A stretch of DNA of 64,000 nucleotides from the human T2T-CHM13v2.0 reference genome, Homo sapiens (GCF_009914755.1 NC_060935.1); one strand, 5' to 3'. Shown: positions 13,968 to 28,215, counted from the first letter of the stretch. Made by a program: numbers and translations. Notes: generated from the letters alone by a model not told the origin.

Positions 13968-14910
13968 CTACATAAAAGCAAATAAAAATAAAAATAAAAC
14001 TCAATAGACCTATAATGAGTAAAGTCATGTATGAATAATGAATATCCTTTTAAAAATAAATTCTAGGAAAAAATGACTTTACTGGTGAATTCGACCAAAT
14101 ATTTAGAAAACGAATCTCAATCTTTCTCAAATAGTTCCAAAAAACCAAGAGGACAAAGCACTTCCTAATTCATTCTAGAGGCCAGCATTACCCTGATACC
14201 AAAGCCAGTAAAGACATCATAAAAAATTATAAACCAATATAACTTATGGATATTGACAAGAAAAGTCCTCAAGAAAATATTAGCAAACTGAATCCAATAG
14301 CATAGTAAGTGATTATAAACCACGACCAAGTAAGATTTATTCCAGGGATGCAAGAGCAGCTTAACATAAAAAAATTAAGCTAGGTAATACACCTTAATAA
14401 TAGAACAGATTTTAAAGAAAAAATCATCTTAATTTTTGAAGAAAAGACGTTTGGCAAAATACAACACCCTTTCATGGATAAGATACTTGGAAAGCTAGGA
14501 ACAAAAGAGATGATAAAAGACATTGATGAAAAACCCACAGCTATTATTAATATTTTACTCAATGGTAAAGACTGAAAGCTTTCCTCCTAATATGAAGAAA
14601 AAGACAAGAATGTTCACTTTCACTACTATTATTTATTATTGTACTGAAAGATCTGCCCAGAGCAATTAGACAAGAAAAATAAATTAAAGATGTCTAAATT
14701 GGAAAATAAGAAATAAAATTCCTCCATTGGAAGACGAGATGATCTTATATATAGAAAATTCTAAAAAACCCAAAGAAAACTCCTAGAGCTACAAATAAAT
14801 TCAGCAAAGTTACAAGGTACGAAATTAATACAAAAACTTTAGTTTTGATGTCATACACCTGCAATGAAAAATTAAAAAAAGACATTTAGGAAAGCAATTT
14901 CACTTAAAAG

Positions 14911-17713
14911 TGTATTAGTCTATTCTCGCACTGCTAATAAATACATACCTGAGACTGGGTAATTTATACAGAAAAAGTTTAATGGACTCTCAGTTCCACA
15001 TGGCTGGGGAGGCCTTACAATCATGGCAGAAGGTGAAGCGGAGCAAAGTCATGTCTTACATGGCACTAGGCAAGACAGAATGAGAGCCAAGTGAAAGGGG
15101 TTTCCCCTTTTAAAATCATCAGATCTTTTCATGTGTTTTTTGGCTGCATAAATGTCTTCTTTTGAGAAGTGTCTGTTCATGTCCTTCGCCCACTTTTTGA
15201 TGGGGTTGTTTGTTTTTTTCTTGTAAATTTGTTTGAGTTCATTGTAGATTCTGGATATTAGCCCTTTGTCAGATGAGTAGGTTGCGAAAATTTTCTCCCA
15301 TTTTGTAGGTTGCCTGTTCAATCTGATGGTAGTTTCTTTTGCTGGGCAGAAGCTCTTTAGTCTCACCATCACTGGCCATCAGAGAAATGCAAATCAAAAC
15401 CACAATGAGATACCGTCTCACACCTGTTGGAATGGCAATCATTAAAAAGTCAGGAAACAACAGGTGCTGGAGAGGATGTGGAGAAATAGGAACACTTTTA
15501 CACTGTTGGTGGGTCTGTAAATTAGTTCAACCATTGTGGAAGTCAGTGTGGCTATTCCTCAGGGATCTAGAACTAGAAATACCATTTGACCCAGCCATCC
15601 CATTACTGGGTATATACCCAAAGGACTATAAATCATGCTGCTATAAAGACACATGCACATGTATGTTTATTGGGGCTCTATTCACGATAGCAAAGACTTG
15701 GAACCAACCCAAATGTCCAACAATGATAGACTGGATTAAGAAAATGTGGCACATATACACCATGGAATACTATGCAGCCATAAAACATGATGAGTTCATG
15801 TCCTTTCTAGAGACATGGATGAAACTGGAAATCATCATTCTCAGTAAACTATCACAAGGACAAAAAACCAAACACTGCATATTCTCACTCATAGGTGGGA
15901 ATTGAACAATGAGAACACATGGACACAGGAAGGGGAACATCACACTCTGGGGACTGTTGTGGGGTGGGGGGAGGGGGGAGGGATAGCATTAGGAGATATA
16001 CCTAATGCTAAATGACGAGTTAATGGGTGCAGCACACCAGCATGGCACATGTATACATATGTAACTAACCTGCACATTGTGCACATGTACCCTAAAACTT
16101 GAAGTATAATAATAATAAAATAAAATAATAAAAAACAAAAGCATTTGATAAACATTAAAAAATAAATAAAAAGATTAAGAAATCCACAAAAAAAAAATTT
16201 TAAAAAATTTAAAAAAAATCATCCGATCTTGTGAGACTTATACACTACCAAAATAACAATATGGGGGGAACAGCCCCCACGATTTAAGCACCTCCCTCAA
16301 GATCTCTTCCACAACACTTGGGAATTATTGGAGCTACAATTCAAGATGAGATTTGGGTGGGACACAGCCAAACCATATCATTTCACTTCTAGCCCCTCCC
16401 AAATCTCATATTCTCACATTTAAAACAAATCACGCTTTGCTAACAGTCCCCCAAAGTCTTAACTCATTTCAGCATTAACTCAGAAGTTCACAGTCCAAAG
16501 TCTCATCTGAGATAAGGCAATCCCTTTCACCTATGAGCCTGTAAAATCAAAAGCAAGTTAGTTACTTCCTAGATACAACAGGGGTACAAGCATTGGGTAA
16601 ATACAGCCATTCCAAATGGGAGAAATTGGCCAAAACACAGGGACTGTAGGCCCCATGCATGTCTGAAATACAGCAGGTCAGTCAAATCTTAAAGCTCCAA
16701 AATGATCTCCTTTGATTCCATGTCTCACATCCAGGTCATGCTGATGGTTCCCAAGTGGGTTCCCATGGTCTTGGGCAGCTCCACCCCTGTGGCTTTGCAG
16801 GGTACAGCCTCCCTCCCAGCAGTTTGCATGGGCTGGGGTTGAATGTCTGTGGCTTTTCCAGGCACATGGTGCAAGCTGTCGGTGGATCTACCATTCTGGG
16901 GTCTGGAGTATAGTGGCCCTCTTCTCACAGCTCCACTGGGTAGGTGGTGTGCCAGTGTGGACTCTGTGTTGGGGCTTCAACTTCACATTTCCCTTCTGCA
17001 CTGCTGTAGCAGAGAATCTCCATGAGGGCCCTACCTTTGCAGCAAATTTCTACTTGGACATCAGACATTTCCATACATCCTCTGAAATCTAGCTGGAGGT
17101 TCCCAAACCTCAATTCTTGACTTCTGTGTACCCACAGGCTCAACACCACATGGAAGCTGTCAAGGTTTTGGAGCTTGCATCCTCTGAAACCACAGCTCAA
17201 GCTGCACCTTGGCAACTTTTAGCCATGGCTAGAGTAGCTGGGATGCAGGGCACCAAGTCCCTAGGGCTGCACAAAGCAGGGAGGCCAGGAAACCAGTTTT
17301 TCCTCCTAGGCCTCCAGGCCTGCAATGGGAGGGACTGTGGCAAAGGTCTCTGACATGTCCTGGAGACATTTTCTGCATTGTCTTGGTGATTAACATTTGG
17401 CCCCTTGTTACTTATGCAGATTTCTGCACCCAGCTTAATTTCTCCTCAGAAAATGGGTTTTTCTCTTCTATCTCATCATCAGGCTGCAAATTTTCCTTTT
17501 GCAACTTTTATGCTTTGTTTCCCTTTTAAAACTGAATGCTTTTAACAGCAACCAAGTCACCTCTTGAATGCTTTGCTGCTTAGGAATTTATTCACCAGAT
17601 ACCCTAAATCATCTCCCTCAAGTTCAAAGTTCCACAAATCTCTAGGGCAAGGGAAAAATGCTGCCAGTCTCCTTGCTAAAGTATAACAAGAGTCACATTT
17701 GCTCCAGTATCCC
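14911..17713 (-). mobile_element. THE1C-like MaLR: 3' LTR (14911-16380, split by an L1) plus internal region; 5' LTR missing
   Basis: tgtattagtc...aaaccatatca LTR termini (reverse complement), internal sequence closely parallel to 41144-42500 in this window. Confidence 0.92.
15128..16214 (+). mobile_element. 5'-truncated, twin-primed young LINE-1 (L1PA3/4-like) inside the THE1 LTR
   Basis: Inverted 15128-15360, sense 15361-~16110 (open ORF2 C-terminus, ORF 15339-15905), 3'UTR gctaaatgacgagttaatggg; 16-bp TSD aaaatcatc(a/c)gatctt at 15112-15127 and 16215-16230. Confidence 0.95.
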
Positions 17714-18756
17714 TGAATAGCCAAAATAACAACATAGTGAATTCATAATTTTCTGTTTTAAAGCTAAGTAGTCATCAAAGCTAAAGTCATGAAAATATTG
17801 TAATACCAGTATAATGATAGACCTATAGACCAATGTAAACAAAAAGAGAGCCCAGAGTTAAATTCACACATTTATGGAGAATTTATTTACAACAAGGGCA
17901 CCAAGTCCATTCAATGGGGTAAAAAACAGTGATGTCTTCAACACATGGTGTTATTACAACTAGATTTCCACTGTGCAAAGAAATAAAGTGGATTCCTACC
18001 TCCCTTCATATACACAAATTAACTAAAAGCTGATTAACAAAATTAATATAAGAGATAAAGCCATCAAATTCTTAAAATAGGTGATATGTGTTCATAATTT
18101 AACACCAGATTTAGTAATTTAACCTCGAATTTAACAATGAATTCTCAAATAGGACACCAAAGCATGAAAATAAATAAATAAATAAATAAGACTTCATTCA
18201 AATTAAAAACTTCTGAGTATTAAAGACCATCAAGAAAGACAAAATACTACAGAATGGTAGAATACATTTGCAAATTATTTGCCTGCTAAAGGTTCAATAT
18301 TCAGAACATATTAAGAGCTCACAAAACTCAACAAAAAAGGCAACTCAATAAAAAAATCAGCAAAAAACTTTAATAGACGTTTCTCCAAACACGATACACT
18401 AATGTCAAAAAAATCGTATAAAAATACTTGACATTATTAGCCATCAGGAAAATGCAAATTAAAACCACAATGACATACCACTTCATACCTACTAGGATAT
18501 CAAAAAATAGAAATTAAGAAGTGTTGTCAAGGTAATGGAGAAATTGGAAACGTCATGCATTGCTGGTGGCACAGCTGCTGTGTTACAATTTGGTGGTTCC
18601 TCAAAATAATAACTATAAAATTAACATATGATCTACTTATAGGTATTTACTTTAAAAATTGAAAACAGGGACTCAGATCACTGAACACTGCTATTATTGA
18701 ATTGTCCACAATAGCCAATAGATAGAAACAAAGTGTCCATTAACACATGAACGGAC

Positions 18757-19088
18757 TTATTTTTATTTTTATATTTTTTTAGAGACAGCATACAGCTATG
18801 TTACTCAGGCTGGAATGCAGTGGCTGTTCACAAACATGATGCCAGACTGATCAGCATGGGAGTTTTGGCATACTCCATTGCCGTCCTGGGCCAGTTCAAT
18901 CTTCCTTACGCCAATCTGGTGGTCCCCTGTTCCTGAGAGGTCAACATATTGATGCCAAACAGTGCAGACACCCAGTTGGCATAGTGCAGTACAGCCCAGA
19001 ACTTCTGGGCTTAAGCAATCCTCCTGCCTCAGCTTACCATGTAGCTGGGACTACCATGTAGGTGGGCACGTGCCACCTATGGTGAGCT
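18757..19088 (-). pseudogene. Full-length 7SL (SRP RNA) processed pseudogene including S domain
   Basis: Reverse complement of 7SL: gcagtggctgttcaca..ctgatcagcatgggagtttt..ctggtggtcccc..ggtcaacatattgatgcc..gcatagtgcagtacagcccagaac; S-domain sequence absent from Alu; T-rich tail 18757-18780. Confidence 0.92.
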
Positions 19089-19740
19089 GGATTTTTAAAT
19101 TACTACATGCATATAATCGGTTATTACTCAGCAATAGTAAGAAATTAAGCACTGAAACATGCCACAACATAAATGAACCTTGAAAACATTATGCTAAATG
19201 AAATAAACCAAAGAGGCCCTTAGTTTATGATCTATTTATATAAAATGTCCAGAATAGACAAATCTGTTAAAAGAAACAATAGATCAATGGATGCCAGAGG
19301 CTGTGGGACAAGGGAATCAGAAATACCTGTGAATGGATAATGGGTTTCTTCTGGATTGATGAAAATATTCTGGAATTTGTAATTGTGGTTACACAATTTG
19401 TGAATATACTAAAACCCACTGAGCTGTACACTTTAAAATGATGACTATTATGGTTTGTGAACTTATTAGGTTTTCTACTTCTATTTGAGCCAATTTGACA
19501 ATTTATTACTTTACAGAAAATTATCCCATTCGCCTTTTCCTTTTAAGTTCATTTGTGCCTATTTTTTCATCATCACCAGGGTCGTTTGGCTATTAATCTT
19601 TTCAGAATACTTATTTTAGCTTAGATAACCATTTCTACTCATGTTCATCACTAATGTTTGTCTGTTCTATTCATTGTATTTATACCTTTTTTCTTGTTAT
19701 TTTCATCGTGTTTTATCTCTATTTGACCATTTGACATACA

Positions 19741-20493
19741 TGTGGATATTCTGCACCAAGCAATTCTGAGTGTCTTACAATTTAATTCAATTCTGACACT
19801 AGCTACCTGGAATTATTACAGGATGGACCTCACAAAGGGGCTCAGTTCTGAACGACCGAGGCCAATTTCAAGTAGTGAGTTCTTAGGCTACCTACACTTC
19901 TGTCTAATTTGTGTATGAACTGGGGGTTCCCATGAACCCATTCTCAGTTTGGATAACTTCCTAAAACAGCTGACAAAAATCACAGAAACACTTTACTTAC
20001 TAATACCAGTTTATTATAAAAGATACAGATGAACAGCAAGATCAGGAGGTACGTAGGTGAGATCCAGAAGGGTCCTGAATTCAGGACACTTGTGTCCTGG
20101 TGGAGTTCGGTGGAGCCACCCTCCTGTCATGTGTATGTGTTCACCAACCTGGAAGCTCCCCTAACCCCCTTATTAGTGTTTTTATAGATGTTCCATTACA
20201 TAAGCATTATTGATTAAATTGGCAGTGCCAATTCTTAATCATGTTTTGCTCTTTCCAATTATAAAGCTGTCTAGAGAATCCAGCCACCAGTCATCTCATT
20301 AGCATACCAGAGATACTCATTATCCTGAAAATTTCAAGGTTCTTAGAAGTTCTTATGTCAGGAACCAAGGATTGAGACCTAATATAACAGAAGACGCTCC
20401 TATCACCTTATCATTTAGGAAATTACAAGTGTTTCAGAAGCTCAGTGTCAGAAAGTGAAGGCAGAGACCAAATATATGTCTTACTATGTCACA
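19741..20493 (-). mobile_element. MER21-like solo LTR
   Basis: caattctgacactagctacctgga, cagtttattataaaagataca, ends agaccaaatatatg...tgtcaca (reverse complement of recalled MER21 start). Confidence 0.75.
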
Positions 20494-20499
20494 ATCTTT

Positions 20500-21700
<1,201 letters not shown>

Positions 21701-23049
21701 CAGGTCATCTATTGGCAGTTCATGTACATTGCTGTCTCAGCCTAGGTCCTGGTTGCTTGGCTATTTCTGATTAATCTTGTCCTCCTGAGCAATAACTCAA
21801 TACAGGTCACAGCCCTATCCGTTTTCATAGATTAGGTTCCAGTCACTCTACAATTTATAATGTGATTTCATTCCATTTTCCTTTAAAGTTTCCATTCCTA
21901 GATATCTCTTCTGCTTTCTTCCCTAGAGAACTTCATTTCATTGACTTTAACCCCTTCTTAATCTGAGTTTTCTGTTCTATCTATGAAACATAAAGATGTT
22001 CAACTGGTTTTTGAATGGTCCAAAGACTTTCAAACCGTTTTTGATAATTCCTTATGTTTGAAGATGAGTAAATAAATCAGATGTTTAATGCTATATTTTC
22101 TAACCAGGTAACAACAGTATTCCAAGTGGCTAGCAATAAGACCTCTTCAGAAAACTCACTGTTAATTACACACACACCACAAAAAGGAAAAAATAACATA
22201 GGATTCTAAGTCAAAATAGTTTTTATTCTGTTTCTATTGTTTATTTTATTTATTTATTTTTCCATCAGGGACATACCTTGATTTATAATGGCCAGAATAT
22301 AAATTCTGCAGATATTAATTGCAGTATTATTTGTATGTGACTATTTTATTTCATAATCATGTAAATGTTTTTAGTTTTTATTCCAATTTCCTTATTTTGT
22401 TGAAATTCTACATATTGAATATTTCAATGCAGTTTATTTTGATTAACAAATCAAATAAATTTAATTATAGTAAAAATAAAATAGCATACTGTAGATGTTT
22501 GATTTTTTGTAAGCTATTGCTAACATAGCAATTTTAGTAAGCAATAATTTATTCCAAATAATTGTGAATAGTACAAATTTAGTGTTTTTTCTTGCATGAT
22601 TCTTGAAGGATTTTCTGTTATTTTGCTTACTACCTCTAGTGATCTTACATTTTTCTATACTTAAAACAATCGCTTTAACAACATTTAGTCTGCATTCCCA
22701 TATTGTGCCTGAGTGTGGTTCTCAAATATTTTGGCAGATTCAGAAAATATCATATATAGTCTTAGAGTTGCTCCAAGAAATATTATTATTTCAACATCTT
22801 TGAGGACTTTTTCTAGAGACAAATTCAACCAATTTATCATATATGAAAAAGGAATGCTTCTAGATATTCAGCCAAAATTCTGGCTTGTATTTTTTTTTCT
22901 TTATCAGTCATGTAACCGTGAACATTTCCAACTTGACTTTGACAAGCTTTAAAATCACTGTGTAAATTTGAAAATAGTTATCTTTTTTAGTTCTACACTT
23001 AGTGTATCCACTTCTTACAAGAAGCAATGAGATATTTATAAATTTCAAC

Positions 23050-24415
23050 TTTGGTTTCTTCTTGTTTATTGACTTGGCTGTACCATTTTAGTAAAGTCTG
23101 TTTCTCCTTCAGTGTGAAGCCATAGATGTTCTCAGAGGACATAGCCTCAGGCAGAGGATAATCACCTTAGAATAGCAGTGGTTTTAGCAGGATTCTATTG
23201 GACTATCTCTCTCCCTGCTCTCTCTGTTAAGGGGTCTGCCTCTGCATATAGCACACCCAGATTTTAGCCTCCACTAATGGAAGGCTGACTGGTCTGTTGT
23301 TTTCCATGATACCCTAAAGTATAAATTGCTCCCACAGTCTGATCCAATTCAACCAAGGCCAATTGCAGAGCTAGTTTTTGAGGCAAGTTTTGTGGTTTGT
23401 TCTGAACACAGGAGGGGCATTGTTAGTTGTCTCTTCATCTGGTTGTCTCTATGGTAAAGTTTCCGGTCTATATTTTAGCATGTTGCTCATAATTGCTTAT
23501 CATCAAAACAGCCTTTGTTTCTGAGCAACTCTTAGCTTGAATGTCCCAACAGTCAGTTTCCAATTAAGTTAGTTGCTTTATAGAGAGCTTTGGAGTGCTC
23601 TGTTTTTATGGACTCCCTCTTTACCATGGCAAAACATTGGAACCTCTGCTCTAGAGTGAGAGCAAGGAGAGTGGTGTAATTTTTCCAGAGTGACAGAGAC
23701 ACACCAGCTCCTCCTCAGTTAAGTCCCGCCCAGTGCCCCTGGGTAGGGTGCCTTTGAGGACCAGCAGGGGACACAGGGCAAATTAGGGATGACGTTCAGA
23801 ACCAGTGCCTACAGGCATCTCCAAGGGCTTATCATGTTGGTAGGGAAGGTAACTGCTCATCTTCGCAGGCTGCCTCCCCCACATGTATCTTCCACTCTGT
23901 GAGGGAGCTGGAGAGGGACAATCATTTCCTCAATTTTTTTTGGCTTGCCATGACTAGCAGTGAGCCTCCACTCTACTAGACGGGGTTGAGTGAATGAAGA
24001 AAAACCCCAACCTCTAGCTTCAAATGTTAGGAATTTAGCCTGTGCAATTTATTGCTGAGAGGTATGAGAAAAGTTGGCAACCTGCCCCTCCTGGTGAGAT
24101 AACATATCCTTTAACTGAGATGAGGAGAGAGAGAGAGCCTCATTTTCTTGGCCCTACTCACTCAGATTGGAGAGTCTGAAAAAAAAAAAAAGGAAATAAA
24201 AGAAATTTTGAGATGGGAGAGAGAAGGAGAAAGCAAGTCATGGCTAAGTGACACAGACTGGCTCTTGGTATCACAATTTAGAAGATTTTCTTGAAAAAAA
24301 TATTTATTTGCTATGAAACAATTTCCAAAGACTTCTTTAAAATAGTTTCTTCAATATGATCATTTTCTGGAAAGAAGGTTTGCAGAACTTACCACGCTAC
24401 CATTCCAGAAGTCAC
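23050..24415 (-). mobile_element. Old L1M 5' region (L1MC/MD-type)
   Basis: ttttagtaaagtctgtttctcc...ccacagtctgatccaatt...ggaatttagcctgtgcaa...ccattccagaagtc resemble antisense 5' end of old L1M. Confidence 0.6.
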
Positions 24416-26446
24416 ATTTTTCCTAATTATTTATTTTAAGTATTACAGGATCTCTAAATGTATTATGCATTTGATTAATAATATTAGCTTAAATTTTCCA
24501 TCCCACATACTGATTATTTCTGTCATTAAATTATTTTTATCCTTCATATGAATTTGTTCATTATAGATCAAATTTTAAAATCATACTTAATAAATTCAGA
24601 AATTTTTTTTTCTAGTACACACTATGCTAGTAAAGACCAAAACATGTACACCATTATGTGGGATTACATGTAGATACAAGATACCATCCTTTTAAGAATA
24701 TTATACTAATGTTCTGTTTTCTAATGTATTTGTCTTGATTCAATACTGTTGATATTTTTAATTAGTTAGCTTTGTTCTTCAGTTCTACAATTAGATATGA
24801 AATGTTTTGTTTCCAAGTGGATTTGTGGTCTTTTAATAGAGTATCAAATGTTTCTAGCCATAGATAATTTAATTGGAAAAACTAAATGTGAAACTAACTT
24901 GTAGTACATGTAATAGTAGAAGCAAAATACATTGCATTTTAAGTTAGTATTTAAAAGCTAATTACTACATTTTCTTTTTTCCATTTTAAAAATGATTCAA
25001 AATAAAATACTGAAATTTCTGCCCTGTAACCCAAAGTAATTTTATGTAGTTAAACTGAATCAGAAGCTGTTTTGATAGAAACATTTTTACAATGCCAGAA
25101 AGATGTGATGAATATTTTCATGAGTTTTCATAGAATCTGCTAATTTTCTGAATATATTTTATCTTTCTAATAGATCAGAGCTGCATTTGTTGCTTCTGAG
25201 ATCTGAATTTGATAGAAATAATTGCCTTTTTATATTCTTATTATATTGATCATAATTAAATGTTCATTAATTAAAGACTAAGGCAGTCCAGGTATTTCAT
25301 CTGAACTGTTCAAGTTCTGGATTTGATTAGAATAATTTTATAGCTGCCCTTAATTTATTTCATAGCCTTTTAGTATGTCTGTGGCCTGCTGCCACAGACC
25401 ACATATGTGGAGTGTAAAGCAGCTGCCTCCCTGCCCAGGTCTAAGGACAATGCTGTTAACAGGAAAATGTGATATGTTATATCTAACTTCCAAAGGTACT
25501 CTTTAATCTAGTCACTCTGCAGATAAGAAATTGCCAGTAAAGAAGGTTGCAAGTCATGTTTTTTTCTGAAATATCTAAAATTGAAATTTTGGGACTACAT
25601 CTTGTAATTTTGCTGCTCAGTGATTTTACGTTATTCATGAACACTCTCAAAATAATTAATGAGCAGAAAAGCCTGTGTCACAGATGATGAAGACAAACTT
25701 CTAGGAGAGTTTACTTCTGGATCTTCTGTTAAGAGTCAGGTTCGTTTGAGATGATGACAGGTGACAGGCAACAGCTTTTTGTTATCTTTAATTAAAATAA
25801 CCAGAACAAATTTCTGGAAATCAATTATGTGTCCATGGAGGAGACAGCAGTAAGCAGAGGTTTCAATTGTATTCAATACCAGTATAGGAAGCTGATATTC
25901 AGCACTCAAAGTGGTTCAAGAACCTCATCTACAAGAGGGAGGTCAGTGGAAGAAGCCAAAGCTATTCTCAAAATTTCTGAATAACAAGTTTCTTAGCAAC
26001 TGAATCAGTGGAACCCCAAAAGGTTTTGCTGAGATTGCTAAAGGACCTATGCTCCACTTCCAGACCTCAGTGGTGGGTGAGTGTTAGAATCACACACTTC
26101 TGTGTATTCTTCCCTTGGGCGTTGAGAAAATGCACAGATATACATAACAAAGTGCAGAGAAGATGTTCAACTCATGAACCAAAGACCTGAATTGAAAACA
26201 AAATTATGATGACATAACTGAGAGTCTACTTGGCTGTGAAATGCAGAATGGAAAATTGCATGTGTCAAGAAACAGGCTAAGGCAGCAAAAGTAAGTAGGG
26301 ATATGACAGATACCTTGAAACACAAAGACAGCCTCTAGATAGTTTGGAGAACATTCTGGTGCAGTATCTTAGACTAGGACATAAGGAAAATATAAATAAT
26401 ATTGCATACCCCCTTGGAAGTTGTTACCTGGCAAGCTTGACAAATT

Positions 26447-26447
<1 letters not shown>

Positions 26448-26492
<45 letters not shown>
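26448..26492. repeat. (TA)n microsatellite
   Basis: ~22 TA units. Confidence 0.97.
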
Positions 26493-26495
<3 letters not shown>

Positions 26496-26964
26496 GAAGG
26501 AATTAAGCACTAAATTATGTGCTGATGGTGGTGAATGTGGTTGAATTGATGCAAAGGACACTACTAGTTAGATTACTAATGTGATTACCTCATGGTGCTT
26601 TCTTAATTTAGGTAGCTGTGAGTTTGTGAGAATGTCACTAAACAATCTCTTTACTAAAAAAAAAGCTCTTAAAAATTCTGAATAAAGTTTTCAATGATCT
26701 CTGTTGAATTTGAGGCTTCCCTGAAATACTCTCTAATCTTATTATTTACAAAGCATTTAGTGGTTTTTCTCCCATATTAAGACTACTCCTGTTTAGATTC
26801 TTCCTTCTCCTTCCAAGTATATTCCATCAAATATTCCCACTCAATTCTTTTTATTTTCTTTAGTTCTCAATTATTTTATTTGTACTCTTTATGCTTTAAT
26901 TTGAATCATTATAAGTATTCATATGTGACGTCTTCATATATGCCTTTGGTCCCACTGTCAGTTA

Positions 26965-27483
26965 GTAGTTTTGCTTTGTTTTGTATTCCTAAACAATTGT
27001 AACTCTGCCTGAATCAGTCAGAAAACCAATTTATTAAAGGATGTTTTGCTAAACACAGAATTTGGGGGAAGGGCTATGGAGCTTGGTTTGGAGGATAGAC
27101 AGTCAGAAACAACTCTTACAAAGTGTCATAGAAATGGTCACATGAAAACAGGACCAGGAACAGATCTTGTTGCTGCACCATTATCTAAGTGCATCTATTC
27201 CTAACTCTGAAAACTGCTGTAAGTGGCACTTTTCTGCCCCCTTAAAAAAGAGAGTATATATTACCCTCGCTTTTAATGTACTAGCTTTTTGTTTTAAAAT
27301 CTGCATAGATAAATCATATCATTAGAGCCTTGAAGGTGAATCTGGACTACAGCTGCAAGGAGGGCTAGGAAAATTTTCCCCGGCATCTTTTTGTTTCTAG
27401 AGTAAGAAACTACCTCATAATGTAAAGGGAGACCCCAAACATAGAAAAGGTGGTTAGATGCAGAAAAAAAAAAGTCACCTACA
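26965..27483 (-). mobile_element. Ancient ERVL-type LTR (LTR33-like)
   Basis: agctgcaaggagggctaggaaa and ccccaaacatagaaaaggtggttagatgc...cacctaca resemble recalled LTR33 motifs. Confidence 0.45.
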
Positions 27484-27739
27484 ATCTCAAATTCACTGCA
27501 AAGTGCTGCACTTGAATTCCAAACTGTTGGCTGAATATCTTAAGGTTTATTCCATTAAATATCTCCAATACAAAATGTCTCTGGATAATGCACTACCTGA
27601 TGGCCATTAAAATGAGCAATCATGATTTCCCCCTTACTGATCTCTCTGCCTCAGTCACTTCTACCTCCACATTAGTTTACATATATTGCAGTTTATCAGT
27701 CAAAGTAAGTCTTTAAACTTGTACTCACATTCTACACCC

Positions 27740-28030
27740 TTAATAACCACAGCTCTAATAATGTAAAATTGTTGCTGACACTTATTTTCCATACTTCTGA
27801 TTCTCCTATCACCTGCTCACCTTTTTCTTTCCCATCAGCTTTTATCAGCTTCTACTAAACCACATCATTAGCTTATTCAGTAGGTCTGTTGTTTGTTACA
27901 TGTTACTCCTTACAAGGACATTAGTCCTATGAGAACACGGACCTTTGTCTGTTTTGTTAAGTGTTATACTTGTAGGATTTAGAGTACCTGTCCCATAGAA
28001 AGTGCTCAACACATATTTGTTGAGTTAAAC
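27740..28030 (+). mobile_element. L2 3' end
   Basis: ctatgagaacacggacctttgtctgttttgtt...agagtacctgtcccatagaaagtgctcaacacatatttgttgag. Confidence 0.75.
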
Positions 28031-28208
28031 ATTGTTGAATCATCCCTGAAAAGGAAATGATGAAATTAAAGTAGCATATGGAAATTTTAGTTGGGCTCTG
28101 GCATTTTTTTTAATGCAGGGCAACATGGGTCTCAATGTGAATAAAGCACATGTACAGAGATAGCTCCCAAGAAATATAAAATATAAATATGTAAATATAC
28201 ACATGCTG

Positions 28209-28215
<7 letters not shown>

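Larger units (their letters stand above)
10930..19450 (+). mobile_element. Old mammalian L1M (L1MB-like) fragmented by nested insertions and deletions
   Basis: ORF1-like A-rich segment ~11600-12480, ORF2 start atggcagaagtaagtcc at 12974, RT remnants 13975-14910, ORF2 end and 3'UTR 17713-19450; boundaries approximate. Confidence 0.8.

Noticed and set aside
15339-15905. 188-aa ORF as a gene
   Set aside because: It is the L1 ORF2 C-terminus (CWRGCGE..HCWW) in a 5'-truncated insertion without promoter or true start.
25684-25739. Possible exon cag|ATGATGAAGACAAA...GTCAG|gttcgt (DDEDKLLGEFTSGSSVKSQ)
   Set aside because: No polypyrimidine tract, weak donor, no recognisable protein.
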